From Felis catus (Eukaryota), in contig NC_058368.1 of NCBI RefSeq assembly GCF_018350175.1, positions 227,418,001 through 227,482,000 of the forward strand: DNA of 64,000 bases. The letters are read 5' to 3'. Below are positions 49,253 to 62,071 of the stretch, one piece after another. Both the position numbers and the translations under genes were made by a program. Under the pieces are notes generated by a model. That model saw only the letters and a list, made by a program, of their open reading frames with translations. It did not search any database and was not told where the DNA came from. Numbering within the stretch: position 1 is the first letter of the stretch; every line of letters starts with the position of its first letter.

Positions 49253-49577
49253 GGTTTCTTCAACCACTTGGTAGGTACAGCCAAGAATGAAGCTCAGGTC
49301 CTCTGGCCCCCAAGTTAATGGCTCTCCATCTGTCTTTTCTTGGTTCAGCACTACAGTGGACACCCGCTCGGATGGGTAGGCTGGGCTCCTTTAAGGGAAC
49401 ACCCACCTCTCCTGGGTTCCATGTTGTCTTAAAGGGGACACAATCACAAGGCCATTAGAGCACCCTCATCTCTTCTGGTCAACAAGGGGTCAGTGACCCA
49501 CACAAAGCCAATTGAAGACTTCCCTGGGTTTGGAATATGGACATTAGAATAAAGAAGTCACTTTCCACTAGGGCTAG

Positions 49578-50135
49578 TATTGGAGAGGGGAAAAATATTT
49601 TTCCTTCACTTATCTTAGGTTCACCAGCTGGGGTCCTATAAATCAGACAGGCAAAAGACAGATTAACATGAGAAAAACAAACATATTTATTCAAATATGT
49701 ATGGCCAACACACATGGGAACACTCAGTGATGAGTAACCCAAGGAGGAGGTTAGGATTTGGGCTTATGTACCATCTGAGGCTCAACAGAGGGAAAGGGGG
49801 TTGGGGCTTCTGGGCAAGGGAGGCAAATTATAGAAAGGTGACCAGGAAAAGTATGACAGAAAAGGGTGGTTTAGTGAGGTTTGTTATACAGATTTAAGTT
49901 AGTGCCTTCTTCATTGGTAAGAGTTGTTAAGATCCAACTCCTCCTGGTACTTGAGAGAGCTACCTCTTGACAAATGGAAATATCCTTTGTAAATGTACAT
50001 TTCCTTTACAAAAGGACACCTTGGGCCCCATTTCTGGAGCTTTTCCTGCATCTGCTGACTCTCAAAGGTCTTTAGCTCAAAATAATCTATATGTCAAAGA
50101 AGCATATTTTGAGGTGGCATATTCTGGTACCTTCA
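49578..50135 (-). mobile_element. Probable ERV solo LTR
   Basis: gacagattaaca.gagaaaa..aacatatttatt and ctttagctcaaaataatc...gcatattttgaggtggcatattctg motifs resemble ERV1 LTRs in antisense orientation. Confidence 0.65.
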
Positions 50136-50867
50136 TTTGTTAGGATCTGCGGCAAGGGTGGCTTTATATAACCATTTATTGTATAAAGTGTGACCTGAGG
50201 ACAACCCAGACAATAGAAAGAGACAGAGAGCCTTGATAACACCACTGAGTGTGGCTGAGGGAAGTCCCTAGATGACAGCTGTGCAGCCAGTCTAGAGATC
50301 AATCGGTTTAGTGGGGACAGGAAACCAGAGAATTCCGGAAGGGAAGGCTCCAGGGAGAAAACAGGGATTGGTTGTGTATTAATGCATTTGAGCATTTGGA
50401 AAATAATATATAGTAGGCACCCGGTAGAGCTGATGGCACACTCGGAAAAAAAGTATGTTTGGCACATAAAAAAACCAAGCAAGTGAACAAAGTAAGGCAA
50501 TGAACTCCAGGAAGAACAAACAGTTGTACAAGAAGGGAAACGTCTGTTACATCACACTCCTTGGCTCAGCAATGAACAATACCGACATAGTCATAATAGG
50601 GTTTAAAAAATTGTGACAATACCATATTGGTAGAATGGGGGGGGAGAGATAAAAATGTGGGAGGGAGCAACAGACACACATTTTCATCTATTGTAACAGG
50701 AAGTCAAAAGATAATGTCTAAAATGATAAACAGCAGAAAAAGCATATTATTTAGAAATGTGAAAGAAATACCAGAAGCTCTAGGACAAGAGTTGAAATTT
50801 TAGAGTAAGAAGCTTGGGAGTTTTGCCGTTGTTAAAAGCTTTTATTGTACAGTAAATACACATATCG

Positions 50868-51278
50868 TGTTAAAAAGAAAGCCATAGACCCAAAATGGCG
50901 TCACTTCTATTGGGCCATGTCATGAAACTGGGGCTTAATACCAACCTAATTACAATTTCAACCTCCCCCAGAAATGTAGTCGTAACTGGTCAGTCAGGAA
51001 TTTTCTGGTCAGCACCAGTAGGCTAACCTGTCACATGGACGCTCTCCATCCCCCAAAGGAAGAAGTATCCACCTAATAAGACCCTTTTGTCCCAAAGGAA
51101 GGTGACCTCACCCAAAATAATCCTTCTTTCCGTCCACAACTTCCTTGTCCTGCCTTTCCCTTTCTGTAGCCCTTTGGAGCTCCCCACTACTTGCTAGATA
51201 AGATGCTGCCCGATTCATGAAATGCAAATAAAGTCGTTAGATCTTCAAATTTACTTGGTTGAATTTGTTTTTTCAACA
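50868..51278 (+). mobile_element. Probable ERV1 solo LTR
   Basis: TG...CA ends (tgttaaa...ttcaaca), cccaaaatggcgtcact near the 5' end, and AATAAA about 45 nt before the 3' end. Confidence 0.7.
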
Positions 51279-51378
51279 ACAGAAAAAAATGTGTATTTAC
51301 AGACAACCATATGTTCTACTATTTTATATATAGATAGGGAATATATGTAAATATACCTTTGTTAAAAATATAAATTTC

Positions 51379-51475
51379 AGGGGTACTTGGCTGGCTTAGT
51401 CGGTAGAGCACTTGACTCTTGATCTCAGGCAAGCCCCAGGTTGGATGCAGAGCCTACATTCAACAAACAAACAAA
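51379..51475 (+). mobile_element. Short-type CanSINE
   Basis: ggggtacttggctggcttagtcggtagagca head. Confidence 0.8.
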
Positions 51476-51558
51476 CATATATATATATGCACATATATAT
51501 ATCATATACCAAATATATATATATATGATATATATATGCACATATATATATCATATAC

Positions 51559-51607
<49 letters not shown>
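51476..51607. repeat. Compound (TA)n repeat with a duplicated interrupted unit
   Basis: gcacatatatatatcatataccaaatata occurs twice. Confidence 0.9.
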
Positions 51608-51609
<2 letters not shown>

Positions 51610-51764
51610 AACAGTATGTGTTTTGGAAAAATGTGACCTAATCAGTAGTCCCTGAGAAACCCAGAAGTGTGAGTTGTGTTGTGACCATCAAAATAAATCA
51701 ATTATCTTATTGCATGAAAATAAGTTAGCACATAAGCACAAGAAATAAAATACATATTAAGTCT

Positions 51765-51867
51765 CCGTGTGTCAGCATGGAGCCTACTTTGGATCCTCTG
51801 TCTCCCTCTCTCTCTGCCTCTCTCTCTCTCTCTCAAAAGTAAACATTTAAAAAATGGAAAAAAAATA
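51765..51867 (+). mobile_element. 5'-truncated CanSINE
   Basis: 3' body, CT tract and tail; flanking taagtctc repeat. Confidence 0.75.
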
Positions 51868-53050
51868 AGTCTCTATGAATACAGAGCAACTTGACATAGA
51901 GGGAGAAAAAGGCAAGAAAAAACAAGTTTTCATTAAAAGCAACCTCTTTGCAACTGAACGACGCAAGGAGAGGTCTTTATCTCTATGCTGGGGCTAAAGG
52001 GAAGGCAGCCCGTGAGCTGGGAGGACCCAGGCTCTGGCCCCAAGCCCTTTAGCACATCATATTCAAGGGCAGGGCTGAGATCTCAGTACTTACAATTTTA
52101 AACATCTTAAAAATAACAGCCATGTGTGCATGAATATGTGTGCATGAATTTGTGCCAGGGAAAAACAAAAAGTTTCCATTTTTCAGGAACTTGATATTCT
52201 GAGGCCTTCCTTTCTTGCTGCATGCAATCTTTGGGACTGACTCCCTGACCCTTTCTCTTTGATCTCGGTCCTCCAAAGTCCTGCCAATAATGCACGGGAT
52301 ATTTGTGACGCTATCAGTTCTGCCTGAAGGCCAAGAGCATATTCCTGAGTTGTGTAAACCACCAGGGAGGATTGCTGCTTGCCTTTCTGGCCAGGATGAA
52401 CTTCAGAACCATGAGGGGGATAATTGGGGAACCCTCTGGTCTAGACCACCGTCTCTAATGGCTCGGGGGGAGTTCTGAGGACAAAAGATCTGTATGAGAA
52501 AAGCGACCCCGCATCATGCGGTGTTATCTAATTCTAATGTGTAAGTCAGGACCCCGCGGTTGTGAACGACAGAATCCCAGTCAGAACTAGCGTGTGCTGA
52601 GAAGGGAATTTCTTCACTCTACTAACTGGGAGGTCCAAGGGATAGCTCTGGCTCCAAGCATAACTGTTACACAACAATCAATGTCAGGTCATTATCCTCT
52701 GGCTCTGGCTCTATCTCTCCAGATCCAGCCTCATGTGATCGTTAGCACACAGTCTCAAAAGAAGAGTCTCTCTTTTCCAGTGGCCATGGAAATCCTAGAG
52801 AATGAGTTGTGGTCCCCTAACCCCCCCCCCCCCCAACATGTACATACTCTCCCGAAACTATCATTGCCTGTATCATTGCAGGGGGCCATCCTGGATCATG
52901 AGCCCGGGGATGGTGAGGGCTCTGGATTTATCAGTCCCACCAGGTAGGAGATTAATAGTTCCCAGTGTGGACAGGCCCATCTGTTACTAGAGAAGGGCAA
53001 GGAATAATGGACAGGCAAAAACTATAAAACTGCATGCTCCTAAAGTGTGC

Positions 53051-53096
53051 ATATATATATATATATGTGTGTGTATATATATATATATATATATAC

Positions 53097-53130
<34 letters not shown>
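53051..53130. repeat. (TA)n/(TG)n microsatellite
   Basis: Direct reading. Confidence 0.95.
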
Positions 53131-53599
53131 CTTGAGCTTAACTATGACTTAAGCATGATTCCATATTTAATAGAGCGTTATGCTTGTATTAAGTAATTAT
53201 GACTGCTACGAGGGAGTCCTTGAAATCCATTGCCAGGAGCAAGCCTCTGTCGTGAGCTCTCCACGTCTTCCCTCTGTCATTCCAGTCCCACAGCTTCCGC
53301 ATATGTCCTATTCAGGCTCATAAAAGTATATTCCAGGCCATCCACAGAGCTCCCTGAGCCTGAGATTTCTCAGTCTCTCTTTCTGCAATTGCTTCAAGTC
53401 CATAGTTTAGCTTCATTAACTGCGTTTCTCCCGCTCTCGCTCTACTCTTGGGAGCTTCCACGGAGAAACCAGCAGCTGCCGGAATACAGGAAAGCCGGCC
53501 TTTCTTCAAAGATGTCATTTTTATTTACTCATTTGTTTTTGGTACAATCGAGGTCGTTGGTTTTCTTCTAAGGCAGGTCGATCCCGTGACTTCCCCTTT

Positions 53600-54250
53600 A
53601 TGTCCTTGGCCCTGTTATGGCAGACTTCCAGCGGGGGCCACCCACGGCCCCCCATGCCGGTGCCCTTCCTCAGGGCCGCCGGGCCACCCTCCCGGGAGGG
53701 GTCTCGGCCCTCTCCTTGAATGTGGCCGGCCCGTGACTTGGTCGACGACACACCCTCAGTGCTCCGGAAGTGATGCGCTGTGACTTCCTGGGGCGCACCG
53801 GGGACGGCTACACCCGGATGGCCCGGCTGACCCGGAAGCACTCCGGCGCCTAGGCCCCAGGCCTCAGTTTTCTCTGCCCCCAGTCCGCACCGAGTGTCGG
53901 GAGGAACGTGCCTGGAGGTGACGTCGGCCCGCAGCTGTGGAGCCTCGGCTGAGGCCTCGTACGTCATGGAGCAGAGAAAGGCCCCCGCTGTGCCTTTTTC
54001 CAAACTCCTGGCTCACGGAATCCCTGCGCAGAAGAAAAGGGTGCAGCTTTCAAATCGCCAAGGTTGGGGTGGTATGTTAGGCGGCCGTGGTGACTGCCAC
54101 TACCACCGGACAAACCCTCTAGGAGGCCGACCAAGAACTGACAGCCGGACGGAACTGCCCCGCGGTTCTGCCACATCCAAGAGGAGTCCTTGTGGGGCGT
54201 TCCTGGCGACACAGACTGTGAACCCGTGGAACGACAGGGCTCGGGGACTC
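53600..54250. promoter_or_regulatory. Orphan CpG-rich element with clustered ETS and CRE-like motifs
   Basis: CpG enrichment outside any recognisable repeat. CCGGAAGTG 53764, ACTTCCTG 53783, CCGGATG 53814, CCGGAAGC 53832, TGACGTCG 53919. Confidence 0.55.
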
Positions 54251-54269
54251 TGGGAGGAATCTCGTTTTA

Positions 54270-54480
54270 AACTATTTTTTATGTTAATTTATTTATTTTG
54301 AGAGAGACAGAGAGCATGAGTGTGAGGGAGTGGTAGAGAGAGAATGTGAGAGGGAAGCCCAAGCAAGCTGCATGCTCAGCGCAGAGCACGACTCTGGGCT
54401 CGAACTCATGATGGTGAGATCATGACCCGAGCCTAGATCCAGAGTCACATGCTTCACCGACTGAGCCACCCAGGCACCCC
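54270..54480 (-). mobile_element. CanSINE
   Basis: SINE body in antisense orientation. Confidence 0.88.
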
Positions 54481-55345
54481 TGCAAGTAATGTTGTGTTAC
54501 ACACAGGGAAACTGAGGCTGTGACCTCTGAAGGCAAGTGAAACAACAGTTCTTTAGGGCGTACCGTGTGGCCTAGTGATCCAAGTAAGATGTGGGTCACG
54601 TTGGCTAGAATAGGATAAAGTAGAGGCCGACGCATTTCACTTATGCCCTCATCAAAGGACAACTGGAAAGCTCATTAACCAGCTATGTCCAGGCTTTGGT
54701 TCCAATATGTTTACGAGCCACGTGAAGTAATGCGTTAGGCATGGTGCTACCTGGGCGGAAGGGATGAGCTTGCTCTTTGTGCAGGCCATTTGAATTCCTG
54801 GGGCTCAGAGGAGAAATGAAATTCATACACCCCATGTTGGCTGTCTCGGAAATACATCTATCAGTTCCTAAAACAGACCGGTCGGAGAGGCGTTGATTCA
54901 TGGATACCATATTAGCTTCATCAGTAGGTCTTGAGACGGGGGTCAGTCTCTGAGTGCGAACCCTGTTTTCACCCCTGACTCACCCTGCCACCTTGGGCAA
55001 ATCACTGATTTGTCTTCCTGAGTCCCACGGTCTCATCTGGAACGCCGGGATCACAACAGTACCTGTCTCGTTGGCATGTGAGCAGGATGGAATGAGGTGG
55101 TGTAGAGAGAGGGTTGAAAGCCGGCGTGACATGTGGCAAGCATCCAGTAATGTGGCTGTAATCACATGATGTGACGGGACGATGCATGGTTGGTATAACC
55201 ATGTTCTCATACAAATTGCAGTAATGTCATGGAGAAGAGAGGTAGACTTTGCATCCAGACTACCTTGGTTCAAAGCCTGACTCTACCATTCAGTAGCTAG
55301 GAGACTTTGGCTAGGTCACTTAATCTCTTGATGGCTTCAGTTTCT

Positions 55346-55573
55346 TTAAAAAAGAAAAAATTTTTTTAATGTTTTATTTAGTTTTGACAGAGAGAGAGAG
55401 ACAGAGCATGAGCAGGGGAGGGGCAGAGAGAGAGGGAGACACAGAATCCCAAGCAGGCTCCAGGCTCTGAGCCATCAGCACAGAGCCCAACGCCGGGCTC
55501 AAACCCACAAACCAGGAGATCATGACCTGAGCCAAAGTCGGACGCTCAACCGACTGAGCCACCCGGGCGCCCC
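55346..55573 (-). mobile_element. CanSINE nested in MIR
   Basis: SINE body; MIR core split on either side. Confidence 0.9.
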
Positions 55574-56253
55574 TTGATTGCCTTAGTTCCTAACCTTGCA
55601 AAATGGGCACAGCAGCAGTGCCTGTTCACAACGTTGTTGGCGGTTAATTTACGTGAAGCCGGAAGCCCAGGCATGTGACAATCACCGATGAATGTTAGCT
55701 ATTTTTGCTATCACCAGTCCTGTGTTTTACATTTTGAAGATTTTCCTGACTGTTAATAGCTCAGGTATTGCTATTAGATCTAAGGGAACTGGCTTAAGTT
55801 TAAGACCAAAGATTAGGGTGGTGAGGGCGTGACCCTGGTTTCCATCCTACAGGTTTGAGGTTATGAGGCTCCAGAAATGCTTTCTGTCCTCCCAGACACC
55901 GTGTCTCAAATCTCTCCGCATCCATTCTGGATTCCACATGAAGCTAGTTCACATTCATCTGTCCTGCCACCGGTGAAGCTATCACTCTGGCCCCAACCAT
56001 CTGCCCTTTGCCCCCCAGAGCAGCTTGGGCAAACAGAACAAGTGGGCGGGTGGGGCAGGAAAGAGCCCTAATTACCCCCCACTAAAAACGTAGGGCACAG
56101 ATGAAGAGCCTGGGACTGGTTTTATAGCCGGGGAGGAGTACCCACTGCTGGAGTCTCACCCAGAAGGGCCCACAGGAAACCAGAGAGGAACTGACTTCAC
56201 CACACCAGGCACATCATTGGCTCTAACTGGTTTGCTCTGAAGCAAAGTCTTCT

Positions 56254-56482
56254 TTTTTTTTTTTTTTAATTTTTTTTTTAACGTTTATTTATTTTTGAGA
56301 CAGAGAGAGACAGAGCATGAACGGGGGAGGGGCAGAGAGAGAGGGAGACACAGAATCTAAAGCAGGCTCCAGGCTCCGAGCTGTCAGCACGGAGCCCGAC
56401 GCGGGGCTCGAACTCACGGACCGCGAGATCGTGACCTGAGCTGAAGTCGGACGCTTAACCGACTGCGCCACCCAGGCACCCC
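56254..56482 (-). mobile_element. CanSINE (young SINEC_Fc-like)
   Basis: Perfect TSD gaagcaaagtcttct. Confidence 0.95.
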
Positions 56483-58803
56483 AGAAGCAAAGTCTTCTAA
56501 AACACATCGGCAGCCAAAGACAAGAAAAGGATATATCGTACAATGTGTTACTCTGTCCTATAAGCTTGGAGAGTTTTATTTCCTTTGCCTCCTTAAAAAA
56601 AGTAACAGGCAGCTGTCAGTGGAGGTACTCTTTTGGGGGTTAATTCACTCTCTTGGAGGTAAACACGAGGTTGATCTGAAGTTGTAGTTTCTACCAAGGC
56701 TGTTTCTTCGAGGGGGTTCTCTTTCTCTTTCAAGATGGTGGACTCCAGGAAGCTACAGGCACGAAAGGTTCTCTGTGCCGTCTTCTCCATGTTCTCCCTT
56801 GTCTCCTCTGCTCCTGGCTGTACCTGGGGAAGCTGGGAACTTCCTCTAGCTTTCTACTCGGCGATTTCCTGCCCTACTTTTGTCACCTGCCTTGGTGTTT
56901 CTGTTCATCCTCATGACCATGGGATTCTGATCCCAAGAAGCGGTGAAGTCTCTTTCCTTCTCCACCCGGTCTGTTGAAACTTCCCTATTTTGTCCTCAAG
57001 CCTTTTTCTTCCTGGAGGAAAGGCTGCCAGAAAGAGGGGGAGAGGTGGAGGTGGGGGAGGAGGAGGAGGAGGAGAAGGAGACACAACCCAGGGAACTAGG
57101 GGAAAATTCTTCGGTAGGCAGTTCAGGAACAGCTTCCTCATTATATCACAGTAATGGAGACTTTCCTGGTTTTCCAGTTGCTGCGGGAGATGTCAGCAAG
57201 CAAGGAGTGACTGGAGCCTTGAGCTGCTTCTGTGTCTTTCTCTTGTGCACCCAGGAAAGCTTGGAGGGAGGCTCAGGTGGGGAGATCAAGCCATCAGCCA
57301 TTCTGACCTCTCCCGCGTAACAATGGGATACCTATGGCTCCCCACTCCCCACACCCAGCAGGGTCAGCCATGGGAACCCCTTGGCAGCCCAAGTCCCAGA
57401 ACCAGGAGTGGAATTCCAGCTGTACTATCCTGTGCTCAAATGAGGAGGGGGAAGTCATTTAATCTAGATCTTTCCCTTTCAGCCGATGACCAACAGCAGC
57501 TTTTGTGTGAAGCTTCAAAAATTGTAGATAGTAAAAAGAATCCTCACCCTGACCTCATCCTGCTCTGCACCACACCCCGCCCCCATCTCCCCACAAGCCT
57601 CTGGTTTATTCTTGTGGTCAGGGCAAGCTGTCTCTCCAGGATTTCTAGGACGTTCCCCACCCCCGCCTCCTGGCAAGTGACCCACCAGAAGAAAATGGAT
57701 TAGTAATTATGTAACATTGTCTGTTGAATTCCCTCTTTGAGGGGCTGCCTTTTGGTAAGCACTTACAATGCCAGGAGGGGCTCCTAGACGTGGTTCAGAG
57801 CTTTTCAAGTGTCCCTACCTAACTTTCAGAGCCTGAGACAGCTGAGTGGAATTTGTGGTGGCTGGCATTATTCAAACTGGCATTGCTAGTATGCCGTAAG
57901 GTGTCCACAGAAGAGGGGCAGAGTACACAATTCCTACCTATGAGAAAGCATACCTAGGGTGTTCGTCTGTCGTGTAAGTCTGGCCAAATGACTCATTTGT
58001 GATGGGCAAAATGCATTTGTAATTTTCTAGGATACTATAGTCCATGAAATACTAAGCATGTGGCGATGAAGGTTGACATCCTTGGCCACTCCCTGTGCCC
58101 CTACTGCTTGAGAGGATGCTTATAGGTGTTACCCAGGGTGTGACACAGAACCACCCAATTTCCATACAGGTGTTAAGGGGGAAGAGGGCCTGCAAACCCA
58201 GGGGGTCTGGAGCATGGAGAAGAAGGCAGAGAACGGACTGAATGGACTAAAAGGGAGTCTGTCTTTTTCCGGGCACACTGGTTGCCATCGGCCTCGTTTG
58301 ATTTACAGTGGACCCACTGAATCCAAATCTGTGCAAGTTATTGTTTATGTGTGCATAACATACATAATGAATGACAGCTTTAGACATGGCTGGCTGTGGT
58401 GTTTCAGCCATACGAACATCATTGTTTCTCTTTCTCTCTAAGTCTCTCTTTCTCTTTCTTTTTCTCTGTTTCTCATCTCCACGTGTCTCTCTTCTTGGCC
58501 TCAGGTTTCAAACAGTTGGGAGTTCTCCATGTGAAGGCTCCAGGCTTCATTCTCCCTGCCTAACGACTGCATAGAAAGAGACAGCTGTCCTTGGGGCAGA
58601 AGTCCCAGGAAGATGCAGGCCTGGCTTACTTTACACCCTCATCCTGTGGTGCAAGGACGGAATGTTCTCATTGGCTTGAAACTGGTCACCTGCCCACCCT
58701 GACCAGGTGGAGGAGAAGGCAGGGCCGATTGTGTGGAGTTTCCAATAGGAATGGAGAGTTCTGTTGCCAGAATGGAGAAACACAACAAGAGATGTCCCCT
58801 ACA

Positions 58804-59030
58804 GAGGCGCCTGGGTGGCTCAGTTCGTCAAGCGTCTGACTTCAGCTCAGGTCACGATCTCACGGTTCACGGGTTCAAGCCCTGTGTCGGGCTCTGTGTT
58901 GACAGCCCAGAGCCTGGAGTCCGCTTCGGATTCTGTGTCTCCTTCTCTCTCTCTCTGCTCCTCCCCTGCTTGCACTCTCTCTCTTTCTCTCTCTCTCTCT
59001 CAAAAATAAACAAGACATTTAAAAAAAATT
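58804..59030 (+). mobile_element. CanSINE
   Basis: Body plus tail; diverged TSD aagagat..gtcc.taca. Confidence 0.92.
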
Positions 59031-59367
59031 AAGAGATCTGTCCATACAGATGTCTCCAGAAAAATGTATCTCTATTTAATTTTAGGGTCTGGGTTCAGAT
59101 ATTCTCAACCAATCCTTTGTGTGTGTGTGTGAATGTGTTCTTCATAAAGAATCCACTGAAACATGATTATAAAGAAACACTGGACTCTATCTATACAACA
59201 GTCAGGATTTTAGAAGTGGACAAAGCTGGATGTTAGAGGGGATTATACTGGACGTTCCAGCAGAGAAGCCCAGATAAATAAACATCAGATACCAAAGTGA
59301 ATACAGTGACATCGACGGGCAGATTTTCTAAGGAAATCTCTGAGAACTAGCTCATGATTCTTGGTTC

Positions 59368-60360
59368 CTGTGGGATAATAAAAAAATATATATGTATATT
59401 AGTCTCTGCCCCTGGTTCCTGGCACAGAGCTCCTAAATCTCTCGTAATTTCCTGTGTGATAAGGGCACTAACAGCATCTTTCTAATGTTTGGTCTTTGTA
59501 CCTGGCTCTTTATGTATTTATTTGTATTTTTGTAAGTAATCTTTATACCCAACGTGGGGCTGGAACTCACAATCCTGAGATCAAGAGTCGCATGCTCTAC
59601 CGACTGAGCCTGCCAGGTGTCCCCTCTGTGCCTGGCTCTTGACGGCGGGTACTAAATCCTTCAGAGCTTCCTGGGTGGTCGGGTGGTCTTCTGTTCTAAC
59701 GACGAGACTCTGGTGGGCTCCTGGATGGGGGGGGGGGGGGGCTGGTCGCCAGGAAGACCAGGATTAGAGGCTTGGAATTTTCGGCCCTGTGCTCTATTCC
59801 CTAGAGAGAAGAGAGGGGCTGGAAGTAATGTTAACGTCCATCAGGCCTATGTGAGGAGGCCTCCATAAAAATCCCATTAGTTTGGAGTTCAGGGGGGTTT
59901 CTAGTTTGGTGAACACATTCACACCGGGAGGGTGACGTACCCCAACTCCACAGAGACAGAGGGGCTGTACTCGGGACCCTCCCAGACCTCACCCTTTCTA
60001 TTTCTAGATCTGGCTGCTCATCTATATGCGTTACCATATCCTTTCATTATGTTGCCCACATAAATGTTTCCTTGAGTTCCGTGAGCTGTTCTAGCGAATA
60101 ATCGAATCTGAGGCCGAGGAGGTCATGGGAACCTCTGTTTTGTAGCCAAGATGGACAGAAGTTGTGGGTAACCTGGAGACCTATTGTCGTCGGCATCTGA
60201 AGTGGGGGCAGTCTTATGACTGAGCGCTTCACCTGTGGGGCATGATGCTATGTCCAGGTAGATAGCGTCAACCCGTGGGACACTCAGCTGGTGTCGCAGA
60301 ATTGGTTGGTGTGGGGGAAGACCCACGTGTCTGCTGTTAGAGATGCTGTCAATGTGGTGG
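59368..60360 (+). mobile_element. MER21-like LTR interrupted by short SINE (about 59512-59623)
   Basis: ttcctggcacagagctcctaaa, gggagggtgacgtaccccaactccacag.gacaga and aatgtttccttgagttccgtgagctgttctagc motifs. Confidence 0.75.
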
Positions 60361-60699
60361 TCACGTGAGAGTCAAAAAGAGACGCATCCATCCCTTAAAC
60401 GAATCCCTACTCAGAGACTAAACATGGTGGGGGTGTTGGAGACCGCGGGGGGACTCGGTGAGGATTTCCTTGGAGCCCGATCCCTACCCGTGAGAGTTCT
60501 AATCTATTGGTTCTGACAGAGGAGGGGAGAAGAGGGGACTGTGCAGGGTGTGGCTTACACGCTCCAGTTTATCCGGACAAAGTTTACAAGAGCGTCTCCT
60601 GTCTGGGCCAGATACGAGCCACGTGGGGGAAAGAGCCGATCTGGAGCAGTGTCTGAAAAAATAAACTTTCTAATTAAAATATCACATTCATTCCAAAAA

Positions 60700-61370
60700 T
60701 GCATGAGTCTTAAGTATGCAATATTATTATTACAGTAATAATGATGAGTACCCACGAAACCACCCCTGAATCCAGAAACAGAATGCCACCACACTCAAGA
60801 AGTGTCCCCCGTGCTGTTTCCAAAGCCCTACCGTCATTCCCCATATCCTGTCTTCCGACAACAGATGAGTTTGACTTGTTTTAAATCTTTCCGAAATTCA
60901 TCCACTAGACACTTTCTTGTCTACCGTAGACTTCTCCAAAGTGGCTTCTTTCACCGGCATAATGTTGAGATCCACTCATGCCACTGCATATATCGATGGT
61001 CTGTTCTTTTTTTATTGCTGAGTAGTATTCCATTGTAGAAACAAATCGCAGTTTGTTTATCCATTCTACTGCTGAATGGCAGGCACGTGGATTGTTTCTA
61101 GCTTTGGGCAATTATATACATGATTTCTGTGGCTATTCCTTTTGTCTTTTAGAGTTTCCTTATTTTTTTTTAACTAAAAAATTTTTTTCATTCCAATATG
61201 TTAACGTACAACGTGATGTTAGTTTCGAGTGTACAATATAGTCTCTCTGTGGATATTCTTTTACACGTATGCACTTCTACTGGGTAAATTCTTAGAATGA
61301 CATTGTTGAGACATATGGTATGAATTTATATGATTTTAGTAAATACTGACAGTTTTCCAAGATTGTTGTA
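60700..61370 (-). mobile_element. Degraded ancient L1 3' fragment
   Basis: ORF track remnant EWINKL..STMEYYSAIKK. Confidence 0.65.
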
Positions 61371-61595
61371 TAGGATATAATAAAGAGAAGAGAGGAAATC
61401 AATACCATTGAGAATAGAAAAAAAAAATCATTAGATAAAAGTCAATGAAACCAGCACCTAGATATTTGTTTCCAAATACGATTCTTTGATAAAAGGCACC
61501 AGGATGCCTTGGAGGAATGCCTGCTTCTAGGGCTGCGGTGGGGAAACTACAGATGAGCCTGAAGTATCAGAAGGTAAGGAAGTACTAAAAAAAGT

Positions 61596-61718
61596 GGGGC
61601 ACGTGGCTGGCTCATTATGAGGAGCGTGTGACTCTTGATCTCAGGGTCATGAGTTCAAGTCCCATTCTGGGTAAAGAGATTACTAAAAACAAATAAATAA
61701 ACAAACAAACAAACAAAA
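61596..61718 (+). mobile_element. Short-type CanSINE
   Basis: gtgactcttgatctcagggtcatgagttcaag; (AAAC)n tail. Confidence 0.8.
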
Positions 61719-62071
61719 AGATAGGGATATGTCAAAGGGATACAGGAGCCAACCAAAAGAACCCCCAAAGACCAAAGCTGGGAGAATTTGAGCAACAAAT
61801 TAAGGCATGCTCAATAGGCAATACAATAAGCAATCACCCTAAGTTTTTAAATAAATATTAACATGTTAAAGGACATGGAAGCAGCTCAGAGTGAAAAAGA
61901 AAAACCAGACATTGAACTGTAAATTCGTCTATATAAAAAATGCACGCGATAAATAGTGAAAAGTCATAAATACCCAAAATGTCAAGAATGATTATGTTGG
62001 AGATGGAATCCTTTCCTAGTTTCCATAGTATTATATTACTTTGATATTATTTTTATGAAGACTATATTCTT

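Noticed and set aside
700..59032. Recurrent ORFs with GAWVAQSVKRPTSAQVMIS or ERERER peptides
   Set aside because: They are translations of CanSINE copies, not a gene family.
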